In this document: positions 9,109-18,515 of the stretch, in pieces
Position numbering within the stretch: position 1 is the stretch's first letter
How the letters are laid out: each line of letters starts with the position of its first letter
Source: Bacteroidota bacterium
GTDB lineage: Bacteria; Bacteroidota; Bacteroidia; J057
DNA length: 64,000 nt
Direction: 5' to 3'
NCBI GenBank assembly: GCA_039024315.1
Contig: JBCCQN010000005.1
Span: 23,469-87,468 of the forward strand
Position numbers and translations under genes: made by a program
Notes under the pieces: generated by a model
What the model was told of the DNA's origin: nothing
What the model saw: only the letters and a program-made list of their open reading frames with translations
Database searches by the model: none

Positions 9109-10339
9109 ATGCTAAGATTGGAAAATATGAATGCTAAATACTTTATCCTCCTGCTGGGCTACCTGCTGCTCATTAGCGGACTCAATGGGCAGGAACTTAA
9201 GCAGACCGTGAGAGGACAAGTTGTTGACGCCGAGTCTGGTTTCCCATTGGAATCGGTCCGAATCTACGTCCGCTTATTGGATTCCGAAGTGATTGGTGTT
9301 TTATCAGACGCGAGAGGTAATTACCGCTTAAACAAGGTTCCCGTAGGACGGCAAGCCATCAATTTTGAATTTATTGGCTATCAACCCGTCGTCCTCAATA
9401 ATATCGAAGTAACCTCCGCCAAAGAGGTGATACTCAATATTGAGATGCAGACCTCAGCCTTGGAGATGGAGGAGGTGATGATCCAAGCTAGGCGCAATGG
9501 CGAAGCTTCTAACGAGATGGCAACAGTTAGCGCTAGGGAGTTTTCAGTGGCAGAGACCAATCTCTATGCAGACAGTAGAGGTGAACCCGCACGTATGGCT
9601 TCTAATTATACGGGCGTGCAGGGGGCTGACGATTCTCGCAACGATATTGTCATTCGAGGCAATTCGCCTCAAGGGGTTTTGTGGCGGCTTGAGGGAATCA
9701 ATATTCCCAATCCCAACCACTTTTCTATTCCGGGTACAGGCGGCGGCCCCGTAACGATCCTCAACAATAAATTTCTCAGGAACTCTGATTTCTACACAGG
9801 TGCCTTTCCTGCGGAGTACGCCAACGGTTTGGCTGGCACCTTTGACTTACAGATGCGCAATGGTAACAATGAGCAACATGAGTTTAGTGGGCAATTAGGA
9901 TTCTTAGGTACGGAGTTTACTGCCGAGGGGCCCATCAACAAGGAGAAGGGATCTTCCTATCTGGCGATGTACCGTTATTCGACCTTACAGCTACGATATC
10001 CCAGTGGAGGTAGAAAGTAGTCCATTTTCTTTAGTGAATGCGGGTTCGGGCTTTTCTCGTTTCTTTCCGGCCTCACAAGCAGCACTGGAACTGATCTACC
10101 AAGATGCAGGCTTCAACACCTTGCAGTTTAGGCCCTACTTCCGGGTAGATGGCAAAATCCTTTACCGCTGGAATCGGCCTAAGGTTACCCATGAGATTGC
10201 GGTCGATCTGGTCAATGTGTTCAACCGACAAAACATCTTGACCTTGACTTATGTGCCGGAGCATCCTAGTGGCGATCCAATCCGAGAAGAATATCAGCTT
10301 GGCTTCTTGCCCTTGTTTTATTATAAGATTGATTTTTAA
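9109..10339 (+). pseudogene. TonB-dependent receptor remnant (CarboxypepD_reg-like and plug regions, then a frameshift/internal deletion, then the last barrel strands)
   Basis: ORF 9109-10020 encodes a signal, a carboxypeptidase-regulatory-like domain (VRGQVVDAESGFPLESVRIYV) and a plug (DIVIRGNSPQGVLWRLEGINIPNP). ORF 10004-10339, in another frame, ends in the OMP-type terminus LPLFYYKIDF. Together they give only about 410 aa, whereas receptors of this type usually have 750 aa or more. Confidence 0.6.
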
Positions 10340-10386
10340 GATAAAAGCCGCCCTTTGGGGGCGACTTTTTAGGTATAGGCAAAAAC

Positions 10387-10737
10387 CTATCGCTCATACG
10401 GAAAACGAATTTTGCGATTTCCATAAGAAAACTTAAGCGAACGAGGCCGATTACGCGTCACTTTATGCGGTGGATCTAGAGGTACTACATTATCGTCATC
10501 TAAGTAATAAACCTCTGGACGCACGATTTCCACATGCTCATAAGTTACTCGTATTACTTTCGCAAGACAGCTTGCCGGTATTTCGCCTGCGCGCGAAATA
10601 GCCTTATAGCGAACTCCTTCAAATATTACCTCACCGACAGAATTTGGTCGAATCGAGTCTTCTGTAACTCGAACCATGTTGCCATTCATGCGAATTGGGG
10701 GGATAGGATAGGATTTTGCTTGTTCATATCTGTTCAT
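10387..10737 (-). CDS. Small protein with NfeD-like C-terminal OB-fold resemblance
   Basis: VGEVIFEGVRYKAISRAGEIPASCLAKVIRVTYEHVEIV resembles the NfeD C-terminal beta-barrel. I chose the internal ATG at 10737 (MNRYEQ..); the track ORF extends to 10797. Confidence 0.4.
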   Translation of the reverse strand: MNRYEQAKSYPIPPIRMNGNMVRVTEDSIRPNSVGEVIFEGVRYKAISRAGEIPASCLAKVIRVTYEHVEIVRPEVYYLDDDNVVPLDPPHKVTRNRPRSLKFSYGNRKIRFPYER

Positions 10738-10960
10738 CTTACCTTCAATTTTGATGCATAGCAAGGCTATGCACTGTGTTGTCAAAAGATTACACATATG
10801 CGCATTACATTAGGGTGATGGGAACCGCTAACGAGGATTTATTGCCTGAACAAGCTTGGATTTGTACCTTTATGCGCAATTATTCCCTTTAGAGGAACAA
10901 TAATTGAGGTATACTAGAATGTCCAGGCCGGAGGATACGGTGCGGACGTATATAGGCAGG

Positions 10961-10991
10961 GCCAGGTACGAACTGGCTCGCCTTTTTTTTT
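10961..10991 (+). terminator. Orphan hairpin plus T9 run (possible 3' end of an unannotated small transcript)
   Basis: The hairpin is gccag-gtacgaa-ctggc, followed by tcgcc and nine T (10983-10991). No plus-strand ORF of 60 aa or more lies upstream. The stem is only 5 bp, so the call is weak. Confidence 0.3.
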
Positions 10992-11346
10992 ATATATCAG
11001 GCCTCGGTAACATATGTTACTTTTTAATGAGTGAAAACAATCGAAATCGTAGGGGCTACTGACCAAAAAGACTACCTGCACCTTAACCTACAAAATACAC
11101 ATAACGAATCCAAGAGATTTAACATAAATCTAAACAGTTTAGATAAATATTTATTATCTAAGGTTGTTATTTGTAGAAAAAGTAAATATTCTTTAGATTA
11201 AAATAAGGGCGGACAAAAAGAGAGATAGCCATGAGCAGCATCAAGAAGCAGTCTGTCCTTCCCTCCCCTGATTTCAGTAGCCCCTTCTTTACTTTCCCCT
11301 AAACCACATTTTTCGGCATTTACGATCCTTTAAACCCTTATGCTTT

Positions 11347-12834
11347 ATGGGAAAAATTAAACTCAGTCGTTCAGTTTTCCTTTTGCTCCATGAAATGGTC
11401 TTAGATAAATTCCAGTTTAACTGTGAAGAGGAAGGCTATGCCTTCCATAAATTTGGCAACTATCAGATATATGGCTACGCAGACTACGCCCGTAACAAGC
11501 CTAATCTACCCTCTTCTATCCTGAAAAATCAGCGGGTAAAAGCCTATTTAGATAAAGTAACCGCCACAAGAAAAACGAATAAACATCCAGAAGTAAATGG
11601 TCAATATCTCTACAGTCGCTTTGTCCGTATGAGAGCCAACGAATACGCTCCCCCAGTTGCTTTGGCAAGCATTTATTCAAGAATTTACTTCCTGTATTTG
11701 GGCTTCGAAGATTTAGAAGATTTCCTCAATGATGATGAGATAAAGGCAAAGCTCAAGCCAGAAGCTTTGGCCGTACAAAGGTTATTGATGCAAGAGGATC
11801 AGAAGGTCGCCCTACCTCAATTTTTGCACAAATACGGCTTTGCCTACTACTCAAAAAAGCTCCAAGGGATATACATAGTTGAGCTTTCTATCAACTTCAC
11901 CCCAGGAGTAGTAGCACCCCTTGTTTCAGACCAGTATCCTTCCTTTCAGGTCAATGCCGTGGAAATTACGCCTCCTTTAGATGCCAGGAGGAAGCATTAT
12001 CAAGGTAATGCCTTTTATGATCGTCAAGCTTTATGTATCAATCTCGAAGCTACTGACGACAAGGAAAACCTTTTTGCCATTCTTACTGCCCAAAAATTTG
12101 AGGACCTACAGACCGCTCCTTATTTCGAGGGCTCCTACGTAGGTCGTAGTAGAGAAAATGAAGCGATTTCTGGTAAAGCATTTTTATACAAAGTGGCTGA
12201 AGGTAAATCCAGTAAAGAAGTACCTCCCTTAATCAAAAAGCGACTCTACTCTCGAAAAAATCAAATTCGGACGGCGCCTAGTCCTCCATCCGAAAAGGCG
12301 CTGGCGCAAAAACTGGAACGTAGCGGTTATGGTAGTTTATTGGACTCCTTTCGCAATAAAGCTTTTAAGTTATTTCTACTCCAAAATAACGGTCGGAAAG
12401 AACACTACTCTATCCAGATCGCAGATGATTACTCCTTTACTATCTACATGAACCCAAGCAGGTTTTTACGCGGGCGCATAAAATTGTTGGCTGAAGGTAA
12501 AACCCTTTGTCTAGAACGAACCAAATCCAAAAATCTAACGAAAGAGAAATTCTATTCCGTAGCATTGCTTGATTTGACCAATATCGACAAGCAACTTCAT
12601 GAAAGTGCGAGTAGCCCTATCTTATTACCCGGTACTTTTAGCTGGGGAAATAATATGCATGGGCCGGCATGGACCTACTGCCAGATGCTTGAGGTACCAT
12701 CCTTGGAGATACCCGATAGCCATCCGGAAATAAAAAAGCTCAGCCATATTATCGAAGAGATTTATGCAGATCTAAGGCGCAAACGGTCCAAGCAACACCT
12801 AATTGAATCAGAAAGCAGGAGAATTAAGCGGTAG
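11347..12834 (+). CDS. Hypothetical protein (orphan-like, no recognisable domain)
   Basis: 495-aa uninterrupted ORF with no comparable antisense ORF. It is preceded by about 300 bp of very AT-rich sequence. Confidence 0.6.
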   Translation: MGKIKLSRSVFLLLHEMVLDKFQFNCEEEGYAFHKFGNYQIYGYADYARNKPNLPSSILKNQRVKAYLDKVTATRKTNKHPEVNGQYLYSRFVRMRANEYAPPVALASIYSRIYFLYLGFEDLEDFLNDDEIKAKLKPEALAVQRLLMQEDQKVALPQFLHKYGFAYYSKKLQGIYIVELSINFTPGVVAPLVSDQYPSFQVNAVEITPPLDARRKHYQGNAFYDRQALCINLEATDDKENLFAILTAQKFEDLQTAPYFEGSYVGRSRENEAISGKAFLYKVAEGKSSKEVPPLIKKRLYSRKNQIRTAPSPPSEKALAQKLERSGYGSLLDSFRNKAFKLFLLQNNGRKEHYSIQIADDYSFTIYMNPSRFLRGRIKLLAEGKTLCLERTKSKNLTKEKFYSVALLDLTNIDKQLHESASSPILLPGTFSWGNNMHGPAWTYCQMLEVPSLEIPDSHPEIKKLSHIIEEIYADLRRKRSKQHLIESESRRIKR

Positions 12835-12850
12835 CTGCAGCTTAATCATC

Positions 12851-13768
12851 CTAAAACTTCTCGCGCCATTCCGCCATCAACTCATTGACACGTTCAGAAG
12901 CACCTTTTTTGTCAAAATAGTTATAGTCTTGACGCATTTCTACCATGTGCATGGCATAGCTATGTGCCTTGGCATAATCTCCCTTTTGCGCATATACTTT
13001 GGCGCGAGTCCAATAAAGATGCCCGAGAAGATAGTGCTTAGGATAAAACTGAGCGTTCCACGGAGTGGCCCTAGCAGACAACTCCTCACTGATCCTAAGC
13101 CATTCTAGCGCCAAAGTCAGATTTTGACCTTGATCACAGAGATAATCAGCGCCTTGCAGGAAAACAACCCAGCGAGTAGTCGTATCCCGTTTTGCCGCTT
13201 CGCGCAACACTTGTGCTTGGAACTGCGCTTGGTAATCAATCTTAAAATTGATCGGCAGGATGATGTTTTCCCAAGCTAGACGTAATTGTCCTTCCGCTTC
13301 TCCTAGCTTGTGGAGGCTGTAGGTCAATTGTTCTTGAAAGGCTCCCTTTTGAGGCAGCACTTCAATCCTCAGTGCGTCATCGGCCTCATCGTATCGAAAT
13401 GCACCCCATTGTTTCGCTTTTTTACTAAAGATTACTGTCCAGGGGCCTTCCGCTTGCGCAATAATAAACAACGCATATTCGCCTGCCACTAGGCTATCCT
13501 TAGCAAAATAGATGGTTTGACTGGTCTCAAAGCGAGTGGCCTCATTAGCGCCAGCACGCCAGACAGTTTGGTAGGGTATCAACTCTCCGAGAACGCTTCT
13601 ACCGTTCACCGAAGGTGCACCATAAAACACCTTCAACTCCGTATAGGCAATCCTCAGACTCGTGCTTCGGTCAGGACTAATACGGGGGACTAGATTGATC
13701 GCGTACTGGCCGATCGCCAAAGAGGGAAGCAAACAGCCTATGATGATAAGAATAACAAAAGGGCGCAT
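12851..13768 (-). CDS. DUF2911-like secreted protein with C-terminal TPR-like helical region
   Basis: 305 aa with a signal peptide. YGAPSVNGRSVLGELIPYQTVWRAGANEATRFETSQ..LVAGEYALF matches my memory of the DUF2911 family signature. Confidence 0.7.
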   Translation of the reverse strand: MRPFVILIIIGCLLPSLAIGQYAINLVPRISPDRSTSLRIAYTELKVFYGAPSVNGRSVLGELIPYQTVWRAGANEATRFETSQTIYFAKDSLVAGEYALFIIAQAEGPWTVIFSKKAKQWGAFRYDEADDALRIEVLPQKGAFQEQLTYSLHKLGEAEGQLRLAWENIILPINFKIDYQAQFQAQVLREAAKRDTTTRWVVFLQGADYLCDQGQNLTLALEWLRISEELSARATPWNAQFYPKHYLLGHLYWTRAKVYAQKGDYAKAHSYAMHMVEMRQDYNYFDKKGASERVNELMAEWREKF

Positions 13769-13772
13769 GATT

Positions 13773-14249
13773 CTATGGTTCTGAAAAGGATTTTAAAAAA
13801 TCTAGACTTTGAATATAATCACTTCCCAGACCAAATAATACCGTCCAAAAGGTGATCGCAATGGTCATATATAACATGATCTTGAGCGGGCGCTCTTGAA
13901 AAGAAACTGCTACGCCTATCGCCAACATAGGCGAAAGAATGATAGACAAAAAGCTGATCCCAGGCAGACCAAATCGGGACCAAAAGCGCACAATCTGGCG
14001 ACGGCGAGCAAAACTCATAGGTTTTTGTCGTTTCCATACTCTACGAAACCAATTGTTGAGCACTACGCCAAAATAGGTGTAGAGCCAAGAACTCAGCCAA
14101 GCGCCACCACCGACTACGCCGACAATCTCCCAAAAGGAATATCCAGTAAAAACAGCGGTAATAAGGCCAATCAAAAACTTAACTGCGGAAAGGCCAAAAA
14201 GAGAAAAATACTGAGCAAAATCAGTCCATTGCAAGTCCACTAATACCAT
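13773..14249 (-). CDS. Small integral membrane protein
   Basis: 158 aa with about 4 hydrophobic segments. It lies 4 nt upstream of the DUF2911 gene on the same strand. Confidence 0.6.
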   Translation of the reverse strand: MVLVDLQWTDFAQYFSLFGLSAVKFLIGLITAVFTGYSFWEIVGVVGGGAWLSSWLYTYFGVVLNNWFRRVWKRQKPMSFARRRQIVRFWSRFGLPGISFLSIILSPMLAIGVAVSFQERPLKIMLYMTIAITFWTVLFGLGSDYIQSLDFLKSFSEP

Positions 14250-14343
14250 TTAGGTCTCTTAGTAAATATCGTATTTGAGTATGAAGTAGAAAGTAGTGAG
14301 TATAGAATGGGAAATGATATTAAATACTTAGAAAATAGTGTCT

Positions 14344-14447
14344 AGTATTAAGACCTAGGGAAATGGGTCTATACCGTCCAACAAGACCTTTTTTTCTATA
14401 CCAAATACTCCCGAAAGCTTTCGGGATATTTGCTACTTTGTACTTAA
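14344..14447 (+). repeat. Dispersed intergenic repeat family 2, copy B (contains the perfect 16-nt palindrome cccgaaagctttcggg at 14410-14425)
   Basis: agtattaagacctagggaaatgggtctataccgtccaacaagacctttttttctataccaaatactcccgaaagctttcgggatatttgctactttgtacttaa aligns with copy C and, apart from the hairpin, with copy A. Confidence 0.65.
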
Positions 14448-14532
14448 TATTAAGTCTATATACTTTATACTTTCGTCTTAATACTTATTAAAGTCTAACG
14501 TAATTGAATCCTTCTTGGTTAAGATTCTCCAT

Positions 14533-15183
14533 TTATTTGGGGCCGAAGGCAAGGTCTCCAGCATCTCCTAAGCCGGGGACGATATAAGATTTCGCCGTCA
14601 ATTCTTGATCTACAGCGGCGACAAAGATTTTGGCCATAGGTAAATTGCGAGAGACATAGCTCAAGCCATCTTCGGAGGCCACCGCTCCGGCAAGATACAA
14701 CTGGCGGGGTTGGCCCAAATTAAATATTTCCTTAGCGGCCAAAACGATACTCCGACCCGTTGCAATCATCGGATCAATCAGGATTACCTCTCGGTCTTCG
14801 ATCTCAGGGATAGCGCTGTACTCAATCTTGATGATAAACTCATTGCCTTTGGTATGGCGGCGGTAAGCAGAGATAAAGCCATTATCCGCGCGGTCGAGCA
14901 TACGGAGGAAGCCGTTGTGTAGGGGCATGCCCGCACGTAGGATAGATACTAATACTGGTTCCCGTGCAAAAAGTCGCATCTCGAGCTCGCCTAAAACGGT
15001 TTTGACGTTTTGAGTTTGATAGGGAAAATATTGGCTCATCTCATAGGCGAGGATCTCACCTACTTTTTCCATATTGGTACGAAAGCGAAGGCGGTCCTGC
15101 TGAACATTCTCGTCTCGTAACTCAAACATGATTGGGTTGAGCAAACTGTTTTTTGCCTCTAGGATCGTAATTCGTTTATCCAT
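14533..15183 (-). CDS. upp: Uracil phosphoribosyltransferase
   Basis: 216 aa with the PRPP-binding loop VILIDPMIATGRS and the C-terminal YIVPGLGDAGDLAFG typical of Upp. Confidence 0.9.
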   Translation of the reverse strand: MDKRITILEAKNSLLNPIMFELRDENVQQDRLRFRTNMEKVGEILAYEMSQYFPYQTQNVKTVLGELEMRLFAREPVLVSILRAGMPLHNGFLRMLDRADNGFISAYRRHTKGNEFIIKIEYSAIPEIEDREVILIDPMIATGRSIVLAAKEIFNLGQPRQLYLAGAVASEDGLSYVSRNLPMAKIFVAAVDQELTAKSYIVPGLGDAGDLAFGPK

Positions 15184-16133
15184 CGTATAGGTAAAGGTAG
15201 CGCATTTTTACGGACTTGTAAATAGGGTTTGGGTTGTCCTCCCATGCGACGAAAGAAGCGGGCAATACTTGGAATCATCGAACCCTCAAAGTCAAAAATC
15301 CGACAGGAGGTAGTCTGCATTACATCCCACATCAAAGCGGCTATTTCTCCACCTTGTGAACTTTGGGGATCGTAGGTCCCAAAAAGATAATAGCAGTGGT
15401 CTCTGAACTCAGCAAAACAGGCCGCAGCCACGATCTGTCTCTCTTGGCGATAAGCTCGGAGATAGGTTTTGAGTTTTGCTGGCAGGAGTTGGAGGAGTTC
15501 GCTAATGATTCGTTTGCCTTCTGGCGCTACGCTTAGAATATCATTGCCATGGGCAGCTTGGGCTTCGTAGAGCTTGAGCAAATCAGACGCTCCAAAACTA
15601 TGCTCGATCGCTTGGGGATTTTGAGTCGCTTTGCGGATTTTCCGTCGCTGAGCGCTATCCATCGCGGCCCAATTCGCTTCCTTGCCAAGACTTAAATCTA
15701 CCTGATAAGTGTAGCGAGTATGCAGTTCGTAGCCGGCTTCAAAAAAAGGCATGGGATAATCAAAGGCAGGGCTGTAATTCATGCTAAAGAGGTCATCCTT
15801 TTCCCAAGCAGGTAGCATAGTCTCCAGCACTTGCCGCTTCCAGCTGTAATGCTTGTAGGCAGAGCGTTCCGCGAAGCGGGGAGCCAACACCGGCCCCCAA
15901 TACTGCGTAAAGGCAGGTTGCCCTACTCGGCTAAAACCTAGCTTTTTTTCCCGAACAAAGGGCATTACGGCCTGCCACTTCTCTCCTTCCTTAACGATGG
16001 CAGCTTGCCAGTCGGAACGTAGCACATTTAGATAGGCATATAAAGAAAACAATCCTCCCTCCGGAGCTGCCTCAATAAAGGCGTCCCAGGAGGGAGGATC
16101 GATGGCTTTGCTTGCCAATATTTCTAAATGCAT
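15159..16133 (-). CDS. FemAB-like / GNAT-fold acyltransferase family protein
   Basis: The 324-aa ORF overlaps the upp start by 25 nt. Its general pattern (..YYLFGTYDP..GGEIAALMWDVM..FDFEGS) resembles the BioF2-like/FemAB-type GNAT family. This is a domain-level guess only. Confidence 0.5.
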   Translation of the reverse strand: MHLEILASKAIDPPSWDAFIEAAPEGGLFSLYAYLNVLRSDWQAAIVKEGEKWQAVMPFVREKKLGFSRVGQPAFTQYWGPVLAPRFAERSAYKHYSWKRQVLETMLPAWEKDDLFSMNYSPAFDYPMPFFEAGYELHTRYTYQVDLSLGKEANWAAMDSAQRRKIRKATQNPQAIEHSFGASDLLKLYEAQAAHGNDILSVAPEGKRIISELLQLLPAKLKTYLRAYRQERQIVAAACFAEFRDHCYYLFGTYDPQSSQGGEIAALMWDVMQTTSCRIFDFEGSMIPSIARFFRRMGGQPKPYLQVRKNALPLPIRWINELRS

Positions 16134-16222
16134 AAAGAAGCGTTGAGTGATAGAAGTGTCGAATTGTTGAGTGTAAAGCTAAGCAATTCAAAACTTCAAA
16201 AAATCCCTCATTCGCCAATTCC

Positions 16223-17851
16223 TTAGTCGTTCATTGAAACTTTGCCCGTTCTCTCGAGATTGGCCGCTTCTGGCATCAATTTATAAGCTTCTTGAATCAC
16301 TTTATCGACTTGGTTCAGCACTGGGAAGAAACCATCGTCATTGTACATGCGGCGACCAATGTAAGCTTTGATACGATTGTCAACCAAACGCTTAGATTTT
16401 TGATAGCCAGCAGCGTCATAAGGCACTCCTTTTTCGGCGGCAAAGGCCGTAAACTGATTGACGAGTGAGCTAGTCAGTTTGAAGTTGGTAAGGAAAGCCT
16501 CTGGAGAATCATAACGCTTTAGCATCTCAGGACGGGCATCAATATAGCTAGAAGAGAACTTACGGAAGACATCATTGATCTGAAGATCGGTTAAATAGGC
16601 GCTACCACCAGTTGTATCGTTGGCGACAAACACATCTGGATAAATACCGCCACCACCATAAACTACGCGGCCTGATGCAGTACTGAACTTGAGCGAATCT
16701 GGAATGACGATTTTACTTTCGTCAAAGATCTCCCCTGACTCAAAGCGCTCAGCAATTTCATCTTCATACTCAGAATCTGACTTGTCGTAAGGCTTCTGGA
16801 TGCAACGACCACTAGGGGTGTAGTATTTGGAGATGACAATGCGCATGGCAGAACCATCTTCAAACTCTTCTTGAATCTGAACGAGTCCTTTGCCAAAGCT
16901 GCGGACACCGACGATCAAACCGCGGTCATGGTCTTGCACCGCGCCGGAGACAATTTCACTGGCGGAAGCAGAACCATAATCAATCAATACAACTAAAGGG
17001 CCTTTTTCGAAGGAACCAAGAGAAGAGGTAGAACGATATTCTTGCTTGCTTGCGCTGATGCGGCCCTCGGTGGAAACGATGACTTTACCAGCAGCAAGGA
17101 ATTCATCGGCCATTTTGCGGGCCATTTCCATGTAGCCGCCAGGATTGCCTCTTAGGTCTAGGATCAGCTGGGACATGCCCTTTTCCTGTAGCATTTCGAG
17201 CGCTTCGCGGAACTCAGCGTAGGTGGTTTCGGAGAAACGATTGATTTTGATGTAACCCGTTTCCGGATCCATCATGTAAGCAAAATCAAGGCTATTGAGC
17301 GGGATGCGATCACGCTCGATGGTAAACTCTAATGGTTTAGGAGTGGCACGTCGCAGGATGGTAACATCTACTTCAGAGCCCTTGGGGCCTTTGAGCAGTC
17401 CCATGACATCTGCATTGGTGATACCAATACCCGCTACATTTTCACCATTGACCGCCACAATGCGGTCGCCAGCCATAATGCCTAACTTTTCACTAGGGCC
17501 TCCAGAGATTGGGGCCTCTACGTAGATGGTGTCTTCTAGGATGTTGAACTGGACCCCGATACCGTCGAAGCTACCTGCCATTTGCTCACGCATTTGCTTC
17601 ATTTCAGAAGCAGGGATATAAAAGGAGTGGGGGTCCATGCCTTCTAGTACACCTTCAATAGCGTCATCCACTATTTTATCTTCATCGAGCTCTTCTACGT
17701 AATTACTTTCGATAAAACGTAGCGCACGCTCGAACTTCATCAAGCCGGAATTGATACCCGCTGGCGACGCATCTTTGATTTTAAAGCCTACAAGCAAGCC
17801 AATCAACACAAATGCGGAGCCGAAAAGCGAATATTTCAGAATACTACTCAT
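16223..17851 (-). CDS. S41 family C-terminal processing peptidase with PDZ domain (second copy in the window)
   Basis: 542 aa with an N-terminal TM segment. It has the PDZ-like GIMAGDRIVAVNG and the S41 motifs LDLRGNPGGYMEMA, DYGSASASEIVSGAVQD and SFGKGLVQ. Confidence 0.9.
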   Translation of the reverse strand: MSSILKYSLFGSAFVLIGLLVGFKIKDASPAGINSGLMKFERALRFIESNYVEELDEDKIVDDAIEGVLEGMDPHSFYIPASEMKQMREQMAGSFDGIGVQFNILEDTIYVEAPISGGPSEKLGIMAGDRIVAVNGENVAGIGITNADVMGLLKGPKGSEVDVTILRRATPKPLEFTIERDRIPLNSLDFAYMMDPETGYIKINRFSETTYAEFREALEMLQEKGMSQLILDLRGNPGGYMEMARKMADEFLAAGKVIVSTEGRISASKQEYRSTSSLGSFEKGPLVVLIDYGSASASEIVSGAVQDHDRGLIVGVRSFGKGLVQIQEEFEDGSAMRIVISKYYTPSGRCIQKPYDKSDSEYEDEIAERFESGEIFDESKIVIPDSLKFSTASGRVVYGGGGIYPDVFVANDTTGGSAYLTDLQINDVFRKFSSSYIDARPEMLKRYDSPEAFLTNFKLTSSLVNQFTAFAAEKGVPYDAAGYQKSKRLVDNRIKAYIGRRMYNDDGFFPVLNQVDKVIQEAYKLMPEAANLERTGKVSMND

Positions 17852-17978
17852 ATAAAAAAGGATTTACACTAAAATAAGGCAATTAATACATTAATAAAAC
17901 GTGAAACTTGCGCAGACTGCTGTAAGATTTACCTCAATTGCAATTTAGAATGGCATGATTTCGGTAGTAAACTATCAT

Positions 17979-18509
17979 ATGCAAAAGCATCTTTGGGTGG
18001 TATTATGCCTTTTAGGTCTCACGACGGCTTGTAAAGGGCCAACAATTATCCACAAAGATGGCTTGGCCTTTGTCGAAATCGGAGATCCGATGCCTGCTCA
18101 AGATTTGGAGTGGTTTTACGGTTTTCCCATTGAAGATACGCTCTTTTCCGCAGATGGGTTCCAATGGCAAGGGGCCAACATCCAATTAGATAGTGGGCTA
18201 GTAGTGCTTGAGTCTGACTTTGAAGGTAATGGTATCGTCAACCGTATCAGAGTCGAAAGCGCGACACTCAAAACGCGCAAAAAGCTTAAGGTAGGTATGC
18301 AGGTCTCCGACCTCATGCAAAAAGGCAAACGCTGGCAAATCTACTACCTCGAAAACTATCAACTCTTAGATGTAAGCGCCAAACGCCATCCCTCTATTCA
18401 TTATCTCGTTCGGGAGCCAAAAATAGAAGCGGCACGCCTCAAGGATCCCGGCCTACAATTGGAAGACCTAAGCCCCGAAGCTAGTATCGTAGCGATCGTG
18501 GTGATGTAA
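17979..18509 (+). CDS. Hypothetical lipoprotein
   Basis: I chose the ATG at 17979, giving MQKHLWVVLCLLGLTTAC with a lipobox Cys. The track ORF begins at 17955. Confidence 0.55.
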   Translation: MQKHLWVVLCLLGLTTACKGPTIIHKDGLAFVEIGDPMPAQDLEWFYGFPIEDTLFSADGFQWQGANIQLDSGLVVLESDFEGNGIVNRIRVESATLKTRKKLKVGMQVSDLMQKGKRWQIYYLENYQLLDVSAKRHPSIHYLVREPKIEAARLKDPGLQLEDLSPEASIVAIVVM

Positions 18510-18515
18510 AATCAT

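Noticed and set aside
10004-10339. 111-aa ORF as an independent gene
   Set aside because: It encodes only the terminal strands of a TonB-dependent receptor barrel and overlaps the end of the N-terminal fragment in another frame. It is better explained as part of a pseudogene.
10915-10991. Possible SRP (4.5S) RNA, because of ccaggccggagga..ggcagggccagg strings reminiscent of the E. coli 4.5S RNA helix 8 region
   Set aside because: I could not build the conserved helix 8 with a GNRA tetraloop and symmetric loop. The 5' and 3' ends do not pair, and the resemblance is limited to short G/C-rich words. An Infernal scan would settle it.
13896-14243. 115-aa plus-strand ORF
   Set aside because: It is antisense to the 158-aa membrane-protein ORF. 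Its product is highly basic and low-complexity, whereas the minus frame gives coherent TM segments and is positioned 4 nt from the next gene.
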